From assembly GCA_021295955.1 (NCBI GenBank), contig JAGWBJ010000005.1, positions 19,276-83,275 of the forward strand: 64,000 nucleotides of DNA. The letters are read 5' to 3'. The notes beneath the pieces were generated by a model that ran no database searches, had not been told where the DNA came from, and was given only the letters and a program-made list of their open reading frames with translations. Of this stretch, positions 24,754-34,505 are shown one piece after another (the first letter of the stretch is position 1; each line of letters opens with the position of its first letter). This DNA comes from Dehalococcoidia bacterium. Its GTDB lineage: Bacteria; Chloroflexota; Dehalococcoidia; Lucifugimonadales; JAGWBF01. A program made the translations under genes and the position numbers.

Positions 24754-26157
24754 ATGGAGAAGAAGGACATCCCCTTCCTGTCTGCCGCCGAGCTCTCCAC
24801 CCGGATAAGCACCCGGGAGTTGTCTCCCATTGAGGCTACGGAGGCGTATCTCCAGCGCATCGACCTGCTGAATCCCACCCTTCACGCCTACCTGACGGTC
24901 TGCGCCGACGAGGCCATGGCCGCCGCCCGAGAGTCCGAGGCGGCCATGGCAAGGGGCGAGCACCGGGGACCGATGCACGGCATCCCCGTGACGATAAAGG
25001 ACCAGGTGAAGTCCAAGGGCATCCGGACCACTTGCGGGTCGCCCATCTTCTGGGACAACGTTCCCGACGAGGACGGCACCGTGCTGGCCAACCTGAAGAA
25101 GGCCGGCGCCATCCTGCTGGGCAAGGCCAACATGACCGAGTTCGGGACGACGGGCCTCTCCCATGCCATCGAGTTCCCCCGCAACCCCTGGGACCTGGAG
25201 CGGCATACGGGAGGGTCCAGCAGCGGGTCCGGGGCCGCCACCGCCGCCTTCATGTGCGCCACCTCTTTGGGCGAGGACACGGGCGGCTCGGTCAGGTTCC
25301 CGGCCGCGTGGTGCGGGCTGGTGGGCCTGCGGCCGTCCTACGGGAGGGTCAGCCGCTACGGCGTCATGCCCGGGGTGTGGTCCATGGACGCCATCGGCCC
25401 AATATCCCGCACGGTGCGGGACTGCGCCATGACCCTGGGCGCCATCGCCGGCCACGACCCCAGGGACGGCTACACGTGGGACGCGCCCGTGCCCGACTAT
25501 GTTGCGGCGTTGACCGGGGAGGTCCGCGGCCTGCGCGTCGGCGTCGTCACCGAGCAGATGGAGAGCCCTCTGGTCGACCCGGAGGTCCGTGACTCCGTGG
25601 CGGCCGCGGTCTCGAAGCTCACCGACCTGGGCCTTGAGGTGGAGGAGGTCTCCATACCTCTCTCCGTGCACCAGGGGACCATCTCCGGCGGGCTCCGTGT
25701 GGAGGCGCCGACCAACTACCGGCGGCTTCTGCTGGACCGACTCCAGGACATCCGCCACGACAACCGGATAGGCTACCTGGTGGGCAGCATCCTGCCGGCC
25801 CAAGCCTACTACAAGACTCAGAAGCTCCGCACTCTCCTGCGCCGGCAGGTGTTCGAAGCCTTGGAGAGGGTGGACCTGCTGGCGATGCCCACCAGCGGCG
25901 AGGCCGCCCAGCCCATCGTGCCCGACCCCGTGATCACCGGCAAGGACGGCACCAACCGTATCGGCCGCCTGCTCACGCCCCTCTTCAGCCTCGCCAACGT
26001 GACCGCCATCAGCGTGCCCTGCGGGTTCACCGCCGACGGTCTGCCCATAGCCCTGCAGCTCGCGGCGAAGCCTTTCCAGGAGGCCACGGTCCTCAACGCC
26101 GCCTACGCCTACGAGCAGGCCACCCCGTGGCACACCAGGCGGCCTCCGAACGTGTGA
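24754..26157 (+). CDS. amidase (amidase-signature family)
   Basis: Contains GIPVTIKDQV (Lys), GGSSSGSGAATAA (cis-Ser/Ser) and EDTGGSVRFPAAWCG. The ATG at 24754 lies 8 nt after AGGAG; the track start is the GTG at 24748. Confidence 0.92.
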   Translation: MEKKDIPFLSAAELSTRISTRELSPIEATEAYLQRIDLLNPTLHAYLTVCADEAMAAARESEAAMARGEHRGPMHGIPVTIKDQVKSKGIRTTCGSPIFWDNVPDEDGTVLANLKKAGAILLGKANMTEFGTTGLSHAIEFPRNPWDLERHTGGSSSGSGAATAAFMCATSLGEDTGGSVRFPAAWCGLVGLRPSYGRVSRYGVMPGVWSMDAIGPISRTVRDCAMTLGAIAGHDPRDGYTWDAPVPDYVAALTGEVRGLRVGVVTEQMESPLVDPEVRDSVAAAVSKLTDLGLEVEEVSIPLSVHQGTISGGLRVEAPTNYRRLLLDRLQDIRHDNRIGYLVGSILPAQAYYKTQKLRTLLRRQVFEALERVDLLAMPTSGEAAQPIVPDPVITGKDGTNRIGRLLTPLFSLANVTAISVPCGFTADGLPIALQLAAKPFQEATVLNAAYAYEQATPWHTRRPPNV

Positions 26158-26173
26158 CCGTATTCCCCCGGCC

Positions 26174-27076
26174 CTACACGGACCAGATCTGGAGCCGCAT
26201 CTGGCCCCGGGCGGGGTTACGGGACCCGGCGAACCGCCGATCCAGCAGCCCGTTGACCCGCTTCAGCTTGTGCATGATGCCCTCGACCCGGTCCTGGACA
26301 CGGCGGGGCGCGTACGCCCCGGGATACAGCCGGCCGTAGGAGCGGGCCAGGGCGGGGTACTCCGCATTCAGGAACTCCAGGAAGTGCTCCTTGGTGCCCT
26401 CCTTCAGGTAGAGGGTGCTGCCGCCCAGGAACCGGGCCCCGTGGTCCGAGGCCGCCTTTGCCACGGCGCTCAGATTGCTCAACCCGTCGGTCATGCCGGG
26501 GATGATGGGGGCCACCAGCACGCCCGCGTTTACCCCCGCCTTCACCAGCATCTCCACGGCCCGCAGTCGCTGCGCCGGAGGCGCCGTCCCGGGCTCCAGT
26601 CTCCGCCACAGGTCCAAGTCCAGAGTCGTGATGCTGATGCAAACGGTGCCGCCGCCCCAGGCCGACAGGTCCGCCAGGACGTCCCGGTCCCTGACCACCA
26701 TGGTGCCCTTGGTGACCACACCCACGGGGCTGCCCCTGTCGGCGAAGGCCTGGAGGCACCGCCTAGTCAGGCGCCGGGCCCCCTCGATGGGCTGGTAAGG
26801 GTCCGTGGACGTGCCCACGGCCACCGTTTCGTACTTCCAGGAGGGCCGGGACAGCTCCTTCACGAGCAGCTCCGGGATGTTGGTCTTGATCGATATGACC
26901 CCCGTGAAGTCGCCGCCCGCCGTCATGTCCCGCAGCAGGTGGTAGCGCCGGGCGAAGCAGTAGTGGCAACCGTGGACGCACCCCTGGTAGGGGTTCAGGG
27001 ACCACCGGAAGTCCATCCCGTGGACCCGGTTGAGGGCGCTTGCCGACTGTATCTCTTCATACCGGACCCTGGTCAC
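26174..27076 (-). CDS. radical SAM protein (Rv2578c / SPL-like DNA-repair-photolyase-type family)
   Basis: CVHGCHYC (CxxxCxxC) near the N-terminus, preceded by LNPYQGC. 300 aa. Confidence 0.85.
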   Translation of the reverse strand: MTRVRYEEIQSASALNRVHGMDFRWSLNPYQGCVHGCHYCFARRYHLLRDMTAGGDFTGVISIKTNIPELLVKELSRPSWKYETVAVGTSTDPYQPIEGARRLTRRCLQAFADRGSPVGVVTKGTMVVRDRDVLADLSAWGGGTVCISITTLDLDLWRRLEPGTAPPAQRLRAVEMLVKAGVNAGVLVAPIIPGMTDGLSNLSAVAKAASDHGARFLGGSTLYLKEGTKEHFLEFLNAEYPALARSYGRLYPGAYAPRRVQDRVEGIMHKLKRVNGLLDRRFAGSRNPARGQMRLQIWSV

Positions 27077-27207
27077 TTTGCCACCTCCTCGCTCCTCTGG
27101 CCGTTCGTTGGGCTTGTGATAGAACAGACGTTCCGATTAGGAGAACACGCAGGCCCCGCCGGCGTCAATGACCGGGTGTCAGCCCGGCCCTCCTGGAGCG
27201 GCTCAGC

Positions 27208-27236
27208 TTTACAGACAACAGGCGATATGGTAGTCT
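27208..27236 (+). promoter_or_regulatory. candidate extended -10 promoter for the NHL triplet
   Basis: TTTACA (27208-27213), a 17-nt spacer ending in TGG, then TAGTCT (27231-27236). AAGGAGG lies just before the ATG at 27286. Confidence 0.45.
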
Positions 27237-27285
27237 GACCACGCCCCGAAGCCCACAGAAAACCCGCCTAGCAAGGAGGCTCCCC

Positions 27286-28122
27286 ATGCCCACGATGGTC
27301 GGAATGGGCGACTACGTCTACGAGTACCATGGAGACTGGGCCCGCCTTCCTGACGGACAGAGCTTCCAGACTCCCAGCGCGGTGGCCGTGGACTCCAGGG
27401 ACCGGGTGTACGTGTTCCAGAGGCAGGGGCCTCCCATCCTCGTCTTCGACCGGGACGGGTACCTGCGGGAGTCGTGGCCCCGGCGGCCGGGAGAGCTGGA
27501 GGACGCCCACTTCGTCTACGTCAGCCCCGACGACCACTTGTTCCTTACCGACCGGGACTCCCACCAGGTGCTCAAGTACACCACCGACGGGAAGCTGGTG
27601 ATGGCCCTGGGCAAGAGGTACCAAGCGGCCCTCCAGGCCCCCTTCAACCACCCGGCCGACGTGGGCGTGGCCCCCAACGGCGACCTGTACATCGCCGACG
27701 GGTACGGCAACTCCTCCGTCCACCGGTTTTCCAGCGACGGGGTCTACATCTCCTCCTTCGGCAGCCCCGGCACCGGGCCGGGGCAGTTCATGGTCCCCCA
27801 CGGCGTACGCGTGTCGAATGACGGCCGAGTGTTCGTCACCGACCGCGAGAACAACCGGGTGCAGGTCTTCGACTCCCGCGGCGAGTTCCTGACCCAGTGG
27901 ACTGGCCTCTACCGGCCCGCGGGCATACACATAGACGCCGCCCAGAACGTCTACGTCACCGACCACATCCCAAGGTTCAGCGTCCTGAACCTGGAGGGCG
28001 AGCTGCTGGCCCGCGGGCGCACCTTCGAGATCGGGCACAACATCTACAGCGACTCCAGGGGCGATCTCTACGCCGTGGACGTCCAGCTCTCCCGGGTCCA
28101 GAAGTTCGTGAAGGTGTCCTGA
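27286..28122 (+). CDS. PAL-like NHL-repeat beta-propeller protein, tandem paralogue 1 of 3 (278 aa)
   Basis: Contains IADGYGNSSVHRF and VTDRENNRVQVF. No signal peptide. Same length as the next two genes. Confidence 0.88.
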   Translation: MPTMVGMGDYVYEYHGDWARLPDGQSFQTPSAVAVDSRDRVYVFQRQGPPILVFDRDGYLRESWPRRPGELEDAHFVYVSPDDHLFLTDRDSHQVLKYTTDGKLVMALGKRYQAALQAPFNHPADVGVAPNGDLYIADGYGNSSVHRFSSDGVYISSFGSPGTGPGQFMVPHGVRVSNDGRVFVTDRENNRVQVFDSRGEFLTQWTGLYRPAGIHIDAAQNVYVTDHIPRFSVLNLEGELLARGRTFEIGHNIYSDSRGDLYAVDVQLSRVQKFVKVS

Positions 28123-28133
28123 AGGAGGCGCCA

Positions 28134-28970
28134 ATGGCCGTAGTCACCGGCACCGGCAACTACATGTACGAGCACCACCCCAACTGGGCCAGGCTTCCCC
28201 GGGGCCAGGACTGGCAGGGCCCCAGCTCCATCGCCGTCGACTCCAAGGACAGGGTGTACGTCTTCCAGCGTGGCGGACCTCCCATCCTGATATTCGAGCG
28301 CGAGGGGGACTTCGTCGGAGGCTGGCCCCGCAGGCCGAATCAGCTCGAGGACGCCCATCACATTTACATCAGCCCCGACGACTTCGTCTACCTGGCCGAC
28401 CGGGACGCCCACCAGGTGCTCAAGTTCACCACCGACGGGGAGCTGGTCATGGCCCTGGGGACCAGGCACCGTGCCTCACTCCAGGCGCCCTTCAACCACC
28501 CGTCGGATACCTGCGTGGCGCCCAACGGGGAGATATACATATCGGATGGGTACGGCAACTCCAGCGTCCACCGCTTCACTCCCGACGGCGAGCACATCGC
28601 CTCCTTCGGAAGTCCAGGAAGGGGGCCAGGGCAGTTCTGCGTGCCCCACAGCATCCGCGTCTCCGGCGACGGCCGCGTCTACGTGGCCGACCGGGAGAAC
28701 GACCGGGTCCAGGTGTTCACCCCCGAGGGGGAGTTCATCTCCCAGTGGACGGACCTGAAGTCCCCCATGGGGGTGCAGATCACGCCGGACAACGCGGTCA
28801 TAGTCACCGACCAGGTGCCTCGGTTCACGGTATTCTCCCTGGACGGCGACCTGCTGGCCCGGGGCCGGACCTTCGAGAATTGTCATAACGTCTTCACCAA
28901 CTCCAGGGGAGACTTCTACGGCGTGGACGCCCAACGGCGCCAGATCCAGCGGTTCGTCAAGATAACGTAA
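28134..28970 (+). CDS. PAL-like NHL-repeat beta-propeller protein, tandem paralogue 2 of 3 (278 aa)
   Basis: The ATG at 28134 lies 5 nt after AAGGAGG. Contains ISDGYGNSSVHRF and VADRENDRVQVF. The upstream part of the track ORF (27897-28133) is an out-of-frame overlap with paralogue 1. Confidence 0.88.
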   Translation: MAVVTGTGNYMYEHHPNWARLPRGQDWQGPSSIAVDSKDRVYVFQRGGPPILIFEREGDFVGGWPRRPNQLEDAHHIYISPDDFVYLADRDAHQVLKFTTDGELVMALGTRHRASLQAPFNHPSDTCVAPNGEIYISDGYGNSSVHRFTPDGEHIASFGSPGRGPGQFCVPHSIRVSGDGRVYVADRENDRVQVFTPEGEFISQWTDLKSPMGVQITPDNAVIVTDQVPRFTVFSLDGDLLARGRTFENCHNVFTNSRGDFYGVDAQRRQIQRFVKIT

Positions 28971-29002
28971 GGGCCCGGACATTCAAAAATAGGAGCAAGC
29001 TC

Positions 29003-29839
29003 ATGCCCATCGTCACCGGCACCGGCAACTACATGTACGAGCACCATCCCAACTGGGCCAAGCTCCCGCGCGGGCAGGACTGGCAGGGCCCCAGCTCCAT
29101 CGCCGTCGACTCCAAGGACCGGGTGTACGTCTTCCAGCGGGGCGGCCCCCCCATCCTTATATTCGAGAAGGACGGCGAGTTCGTGGGCGGCTGGCGGCGG
29201 AAGCCGGGCCAGCTGGACGACGCTCACCACATCTACATCAGCCCCGACGACTTCGTCTACCTGGCCGACCGAGACGCCCACCAGGTGCTCAAGTTCACCA
29301 CCGACGGGGAGCTGGTCATGGCCCTGGGGACCAGGCACCGGGCGTCGTTGCAAGCGCCATTCAACCACCCTTCGGACGCCTGCGTTGGGCCCAACGGCGA
29401 CATCTTCGTTTCCGACGGCTACGCCAACTCCAGCGTGCACCGCTTCAGCCCCGACGGCAAGCACATCGCCTCCTTCGGAAGCCCGGGCAGCGGCCCCGGA
29501 GAGTTCCGTGTGCCCCACAGCGTGCGGGTCTCCAGCGACGGCCGCGTCTACGTGGCCGACCGGGAGAACAGCCGGGTCCAGGTGTTCACCTCCGAGGGGG
29601 AGTTCCTCAGCGAGTGGACGGACATGAAGTCGCCCATGGGAGTGCAGATCACCCCGGACAACGCCGTAATCGTCACGGACCAGGTGCCGCGGTTCAGCGT
29701 CTTCTCTCTGGACGGCGAACTGCTGGCCCGCGGCCGCACCTTCGAGCAGTGCCACAACGTCTTCACCAACTCCGTTGGCGACTTCTACGGCGTGGACACC
29801 TCGCGGCGGCAGATCCAGCGGTACGTGAAGATCACCTGA
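29003..29839 (+). CDS. PAL-like NHL-repeat beta-propeller protein, tandem paralogue 3 of 3 (278 aa)
   Basis: The ATG at 29003 lies 7 nt after AGGAG. Contains VSDGYANSSVHRF and VADRENSRVQVF. Very similar to paralogue 2. Confidence 0.88.
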   Translation: MPIVTGTGNYMYEHHPNWAKLPRGQDWQGPSSIAVDSKDRVYVFQRGGPPILIFEKDGEFVGGWRRKPGQLDDAHHIYISPDDFVYLADRDAHQVLKFTTDGELVMALGTRHRASLQAPFNHPSDACVGPNGDIFVSDGYANSSVHRFSPDGKHIASFGSPGSGPGEFRVPHSVRVSSDGRVYVADRENSRVQVFTSEGEFLSEWTDMKSPMGVQITPDNAVIVTDQVPRFSVFSLDGELLARGRTFEQCHNVFTNSVGDFYGVDTSRRQIQRYVKIT

Positions 29840-30836
29840 AGCTGGGCATCACCCGGCCGGCGAACAGCTCCAGGGAGCGGAGCCCGGCCTCGAGGTCCAT
29901 GCCCGGCCAGATCATCCTGACCAGGGCGGTGTCGACTCCCAGGGAGCGGTACCGCTCCAGCTCCGCCGCGCACTCCTCGGGAGTGCCCACCAGGAACCGG
30001 TCCCTGGCAAGCTCGTCGAAGGACTGGTGGAAGGACTCGGCCCCGGGCAGGGCCTTGTCCTGCCCCCAACTTGCGTAGGCCTGGTACTTGCCTCCCAGGT
30101 ACGGCGCGGCTTGGCGCAGCGCCTCCCCGCGGTCTTCGTGCAGGTACACCTCCCGGCCCATGGGGAGGCCCGAAGGCGCCGCCCGTCCGGCCTGGGCGGC
30201 GGCCTCGTTGTACGCGCCGATCTGCTCCTTTATAGTCGCGTAGGTAGCGTGGGGGTTAATGTACCAGGTGTAGCCGTGGGCCGCCGCCCGCCTGATGGCC
30301 GGCTCCGAGTTGGCGGCCACCCACACGGGAGGGTGGGGCTTCTGCAGCGGCTTCAGCATGGAGCGGGCGCCCTTCAGCCGGAAGTGGGCTCCCTCGTGGG
30401 TCACCTCACCATCGGTCCACAGACGGGTCATCACCTCCAGGCACTCCATGAACCTGGAGACCCGCCGCCTGCGGTCGACGCCGAATGCCTGGTACTCCTC
30501 GTCCCGGTAGCCCAGGGCGGCGCTGAGTATGAACCTGCCGCCGGTGATGACGTCCATGGTGGCCACGCGCTCCGCCAGGTCCACGGGATGGTGGACCGGG
30601 ACCAGCAACGTCGCCACCATCTCCATCCCCTCGGCCTCGGCCGACAGCCTGGCCAGGAGGGGCATGACCTGGAGCTGCTGGTAGGGGTGGGTGAGGTAGT
30701 GCTGGCCCTGGTAGACGAGCTGGAAGCCCATGTCCCGGGCGGCCCTCACGTACTCGACGATCTCCTGGAACCGCCGACGCATGTCCTGGCCCGCGGGTTG
30801 CTGTCCCATCCCCGACAGGGATATTCCGAACTTCAT
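29832..30836 (-). CDS. LLM-class (luciferase-like) flavin-dependent oxidoreductase
   Basis: From the ATG at 30836 (after GGGAGG): MKFGISLSGMGQQ...GFQLVYQGQHYL, the typical LLM N-terminus. The track ORF extension to 31070 overlaps the end of fhs. Confidence 0.85.
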   Translation of the reverse strand: MKFGISLSGMGQQPAGQDMRRRFQEIVEYVRAARDMGFQLVYQGQHYLTHPYQQLQVMPLLARLSAEAEGMEMVATLLVPVHHPVDLAERVATMDVITGGRFILSAALGYRDEEYQAFGVDRRRRVSRFMECLEVMTRLWTDGEVTHEGAHFRLKGARSMLKPLQKPHPPVWVAANSEPAIRRAAAHGYTWYINPHATYATIKEQIGAYNEAAAQAGRAAPSGLPMGREVYLHEDRGEALRQAAPYLGGKYQAYASWGQDKALPGAESFHQSFDELARDRFLVGTPEECAAELERYRSLGVDTALVRMIWPGMDLEAGLRSLELFAGRVMPSFR

Positions 30837-30882
30837 ACGGCGCGCCTCCCGGTCCTCTTTTGCCCGTTCTCTTCCGAAGGCG

Positions 30883-32580
30883 CTAGGACAGGCCCACCGT
30901 GTTGCCGTCGGCGTCGACGTCGATGCGATGGGCGGCCATGTCCCGGCCCAGCCCGGGCATGGTGCTGATGTCCCCCGCCAGCGGGTACAGGAACCCTGCG
31001 CCGATGGAGGCCCGCACGTCCCGGATGGGGAAGAGGTAGTCCTTGGGCACGCCCTTCCACGAGGCCTCATGGGACAGGGACAGGGCGGTCTTGGCGATGC
31101 ACAGGGGCAGGTTGCCCCAGCCCAGGGCCTCGTAGCGGCGGATCTGCCGCTCCGCGGCCGGGTCGTAAGATGCCCCGTCGGCGTTGTACACCCTGGTCAC
31201 CAGGGCGTGGACCTTCTCCTTGATGGACGCGTCGTCCTCGTAGAGGAAGCGGAACTGGGAGGGCTGGGAGGCGGCCTGCCGGACCAGCTCGGCAAGCTCG
31301 GCGGCGCCCCTGCCGCCGTCGGCGAAGGCGGTGCTGGGGGCGCATCCCGCGGCCCCGGCTTCCAGGGCCTTCTCCCTCAGCAGGTCCACCTCCGCGTCGG
31401 TGTCTCCCTCGAACCGGTTTACCGCCACCACCACCGGCACCCCGAACTGCCGCGCGATCCCCACGGCCCACATCATGTTGGCCGCGCCCTTCTCCAGCGC
31501 GGGCAGATTCTCCTTGCCCAGCTCCTCGGGCAGCGGCCGGCCTGCGACCACGCGTCCCAGGCCCCCGTGCATCTTCAGGGCCCTCACGGTGCAGGTGACC
31601 ACGACGCAGCTTGGGCGCAGCCCAGATTGGCGGGCCACTATGTCCATGAACTTCTCCAGGCCGCAGTCGGCCCCGAACCCCGACTCGGTAACCACGTAGT
31701 CGGCCAGGCTCAGGGCGATGCGGTCCGCCAGCACCGAGTTGTTGCCCTGGGCGATATTGGCGAAGGGTCCCGCGTGGACCAGGCACGGTTGGCCCTCCAG
31801 GGTCTGCACCAGGTTGGGCTTGATGGCGTCCTTGAGGATCACCGTCATGGCCCCCGCGGCCCTGAGCTGCTCCACGTTGACCGGCTTACGGTCCCGGGTA
31901 TACCCGACGACGATGCGGGCCAGGCGCTCCCGCAGGTCCTTCTGGTCGCTGGTGAGGCCGATGATGGCCATGACCTCGGACGCGGCGGTGATGTCGAACC
32001 CCGTCTCCCGGGTGATCCCGTTGGTCCTGCCGCCCAGACCGGTGACGACGTTGCGAAGCACCCGGTCGTTCACGTCGATGACCCGCCGCCAGGTGACCGA
32101 CGCCGGGTCCATCTCCAGCGGGTTGCCGTGCATCAGGCTGGCGTCGAGGATGGCCGCCAGCAGGTTATGGGCCGCGCCCACCGCGTGGATGTCCCCCGTG
32201 AAGTGCAGGTTGATGTCCTCCATCGGGACCACCTGGGACCATCCGCCGCCGGTGCCTCCCCCCTTTATGCCGAACACGGGGCCCATGGAGGGCTCCCGGA
32301 TACACTCGATGACCCGCTCTCCCAGCGCGCCCAGGCCCTGGCTCAGCCCCGTGGTCGTGACCGTCTTCCCTTCGCCCAGGGGCGTGGGGGTGATCCCGGT
32401 GACCACCACCAGCTTGCCCTGGGGCCTGTCCTTCAGGCGCTCCAGGGAGTCCAGGGAAACCTTCGCCTTGTGACGGCCGTAGAGCTCCACCTCCTCGGGG
32501 AGCAGGCCCGCCTCCTCGGCCACCTGTAGGATGGGCTTGAGCGGGACGGACCGGGCGATCTCCAGGTCACTCGTCGGCAT
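30883..32580 (-). CDS. fhs: formate--tetrahydrofolate ligase
   Basis: 565 aa containing VTGITPTPLGEGKTVTTTGL, full length and colinear with Fhs. Confidence 0.95.
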   Translation of the reverse strand: MPTSDLEIARSVPLKPILQVAEEAGLLPEEVELYGRHKAKVSLDSLERLKDRPQGKLVVVTGITPTPLGEGKTVTTTGLSQGLGALGERVIECIREPSMGPVFGIKGGGTGGGWSQVVPMEDINLHFTGDIHAVGAAHNLLAAILDASLMHGNPLEMDPASVTWRRVIDVNDRVLRNVVTGLGGRTNGITRETGFDITAASEVMAIIGLTSDQKDLRERLARIVVGYTRDRKPVNVEQLRAAGAMTVILKDAIKPNLVQTLEGQPCLVHAGPFANIAQGNNSVLADRIALSLADYVVTESGFGADCGLEKFMDIVARQSGLRPSCVVVTCTVRALKMHGGLGRVVAGRPLPEELGKENLPALEKGAANMMWAVGIARQFGVPVVVAVNRFEGDTDAEVDLLREKALEAGAAGCAPSTAFADGGRGAAELAELVRQAASQPSQFRFLYEDDASIKEKVHALVTRVYNADGASYDPAAERQIRRYEALGWGNLPLCIAKTALSLSHEASWKGVPKDYLFPIRDVRASIGAGFLYPLAGDISTMPGLGRDMAAHRIDVDADGNTVGLS

Positions 32581-32727
32581 GGTTCTTGACTCCCTCTAAG
32601 CTACGGCCCAAGTGTATTGGCGTCGGACTCCGCCCCATAGCCGGCAGGCGCGTTCCCGGTAGATACGCCGCCTATCGGTCAGGCGGATTGCACCTGACCA
32701 TGATATACCAAAGAGGCCGCCCCAACG

Positions 32728-33612
32728 TCAAACGGCGGGGGGAGTCGAGCCGGCCGGGACATCCCCGGGGGGGCGGGCCGTGCGGCGCCTTCGGGACGCC
32801 CCGAACTGGCGTCTCAGGCCCGAGTAAACCAGGGCGGCGACGAAGAGGGCCGCCGACAGGAGGACCACGCTGGCGCCCGAGGAGACGTCGATCCACCAGC
32901 TCACGTATATGCCCGTCAACCCGCAGAATGCCCCCACGCCCGTGGACAGGACCACCATCCGGCGGAAGCTGTTGGTCAGGAGCCGCGCCACGATGGGGGG
33001 GATCACGATGGCCGCCGCGATGAGGGTGGCCCCCAGCACCTGCAGCGAGACTACGATGGTGGCTGCCAGCACGAGGGAGAACATGGCGTCTATCCAGCCG
33101 GTGGGCACGCCGTAGAACCGGGCCACCTCCTGGTCGAAGGTGGCGAAGAGCAGCAGCTTGAAGCCCAGGAAGACGATCACCACCGCGGCCGCGCTGACGG
33201 CCGCGATGGCCGCCAGGTCCCCCGGGGAGACCCCCAGGATGTTGCCGAAGAGGGCCGCCTCGAAGTCCCTGGTGAAGGTCTTGTACCGGCTGATAACGGC
33301 CACGCCGATGGCGAAGCTCGAGGTGGTTATGATGCCTATGGCCGCGTCGGCTCCGATCTGCCTCTTCCGGGTCGTGAGGGTGATGAGCAGGGCCGTCAGG
33401 AACCCCCAGATGCTGGCCCCCACGAAGAACCCCATGAAGGGTATCACGTAGCTGACCACGGCCCCCCCGAAGACCGCGTGGGCCATGCCGTGGCCGATGT
33501 ACGACATGCGCCGGAGGACTATGTAGACCCCCATCAGGCCGCACAGTCCGCCGGCCAGGGTCGTGGCCGCTATTCCCAGGACGAAGAAGTCGTACCGGAA
33601 GGGATCAAACAC
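32728..33612 (-). CDS. metal ABC transporter permease (ABC-3, ZnuB/MntB/TroC-like)
   Basis: 294 aa, highly hydrophobic, containing MSYIGHGMAHAVFGG. 8-nt overlap with the upstream ATPase gene. Confidence 0.88.
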   Translation of the reverse strand: MFDPFRYDFFVLGIAATTLAGGLCGLMGVYIVLRRMSYIGHGMAHAVFGGAVVSYVIPFMGFFVGASIWGFLTALLITLTTRKRQIGADAAIGIITTSSFAIGVAVISRYKTFTRDFEAALFGNILGVSPGDLAAIAAVSAAAVVIVFLGFKLLLFATFDQEVARFYGVPTGWIDAMFSLVLAATIVVSLQVLGATLIAAAIVIPPIVARLLTNSFRRMVVLSTGVGAFCGLTGIYVSWWIDVSSGASVVLLSAALFVAALVYSGLRRQFGASRRRRTARPPGDVPAGSTPPAV

Positions 33613-34483
33613 CGTCGGGTCCCTCCCCTATTCCCTCCTCCTGCTGTAGAGGCTGGCCCTCTCCGTTGGAGCCCCCGTTGGACCCAAAATGATGGGGGCT
33701 CTCGGCCACCAGGGTCATGCCCTGGTACCGGATCACGGGCATCTCGGCGCCGTACGTCAGGCGGAAGGTCTCCTCGGTGAACACCTGGGAGGGCGGCCCC
33801 TGGTCCACCAGTCGTCCGTTGAGGCACACCACCCACGGCAGGTGGGCGGCCACGGAGTTGATCTCGTGGGTCGTCATCACTATGGTCACGCCCTGGTGGT
33901 TCAGGTCGTGGAGGAGGTGCATCATGTCGTCCCGGGTCTTGATGTCCACCCCAGAGGTGGGCTCGTCCAGGAGCAGCAGCGACGGGCTGCTGACCAGGGC
34001 CCTGGCGAGGAACGCCCTCTGCTGCTGCCCGCCGGACAGCTCCTGGATGTGGCGCCCGGTCAGGTGGGAGATGCCCAGGCGCTCCAGCATCTCCAGGGCC
34101 AGCTTGCGCTCCCGGCGCCCGTACCACGGGAACAGCAGGTTCTCCATGGTGCGCCCCATCATGACGACCTCTTCCACCGTGACGGGGAAGTTCCAGTCGA
34201 TGGTCTCAAGCTGGGGCACGTAGCCGGCCCTGGGCCTGCGCCGGTCGGTGGGCGTCCCATCGACCAGGACCCTGCCCTCGTAGACATCCACCGCCCCCAG
34301 TATGGACCGCAGCAGGGTGGTCTTTCCCGACCCGCTGGGCCCCAGCAGCCCTACGAACTCGCCCGGGGCCACCGACAGGCTGACGTCGGACAGGACGGGC
34401 TGGCCGTCGTAGCCGCAGGTGAGGCCCTGGACCTCGATGATGGGCTCGGCGGCGGGGTGCTGGTGTGGAAACGGGTGAAGCAT
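33605..34483 (-). CDS. metal ABC transporter ATP-binding protein (ZnuC/MntA/TroB-like)
   Basis: Walker A GPSGSGKTTLL, signature LSGGQQQRAFLARAL, Walker B LLLLDEPTSGVD. Confidence 0.9.
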   Translation of the reverse strand: MLHPFPHQHPAAEPIIEVQGLTCGYDGQPVLSDVSLSVAPGEFVGLLGPSGSGKTTLLRSILGAVDVYEGRVLVDGTPTDRRRPRAGYVPQLETIDWNFPVTVEEVVMMGRTMENLLFPWYGRRERKLALEMLERLGISHLTGRHIQELSGGQQQRAFLARALVSSPSLLLLDEPTSGVDIKTRDDMMHLLHDLNHQGVTIVMTTHEINSVAAHLPWVVCLNGRLVDQGPPSQVFTEETFRLTYGAEMPVIRYQGMTLVAESPHHFGSNGGSNGEGQPLQQEEGIGEGPDGV

Positions 34484-34505
34484 CTGTATCCCCCTGTGAC
34501 TCGGG

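Noticed and set aside
30837-31070. 78-codon N-terminal extension of the LLM oxidoreductase ORF (track 29832-31070)
   Set aside because: It overlaps the 3' end of fhs and has an implausible composition. The ATG at 30836, preceded by GGGAGG, gives the canonical MKFGISL start.
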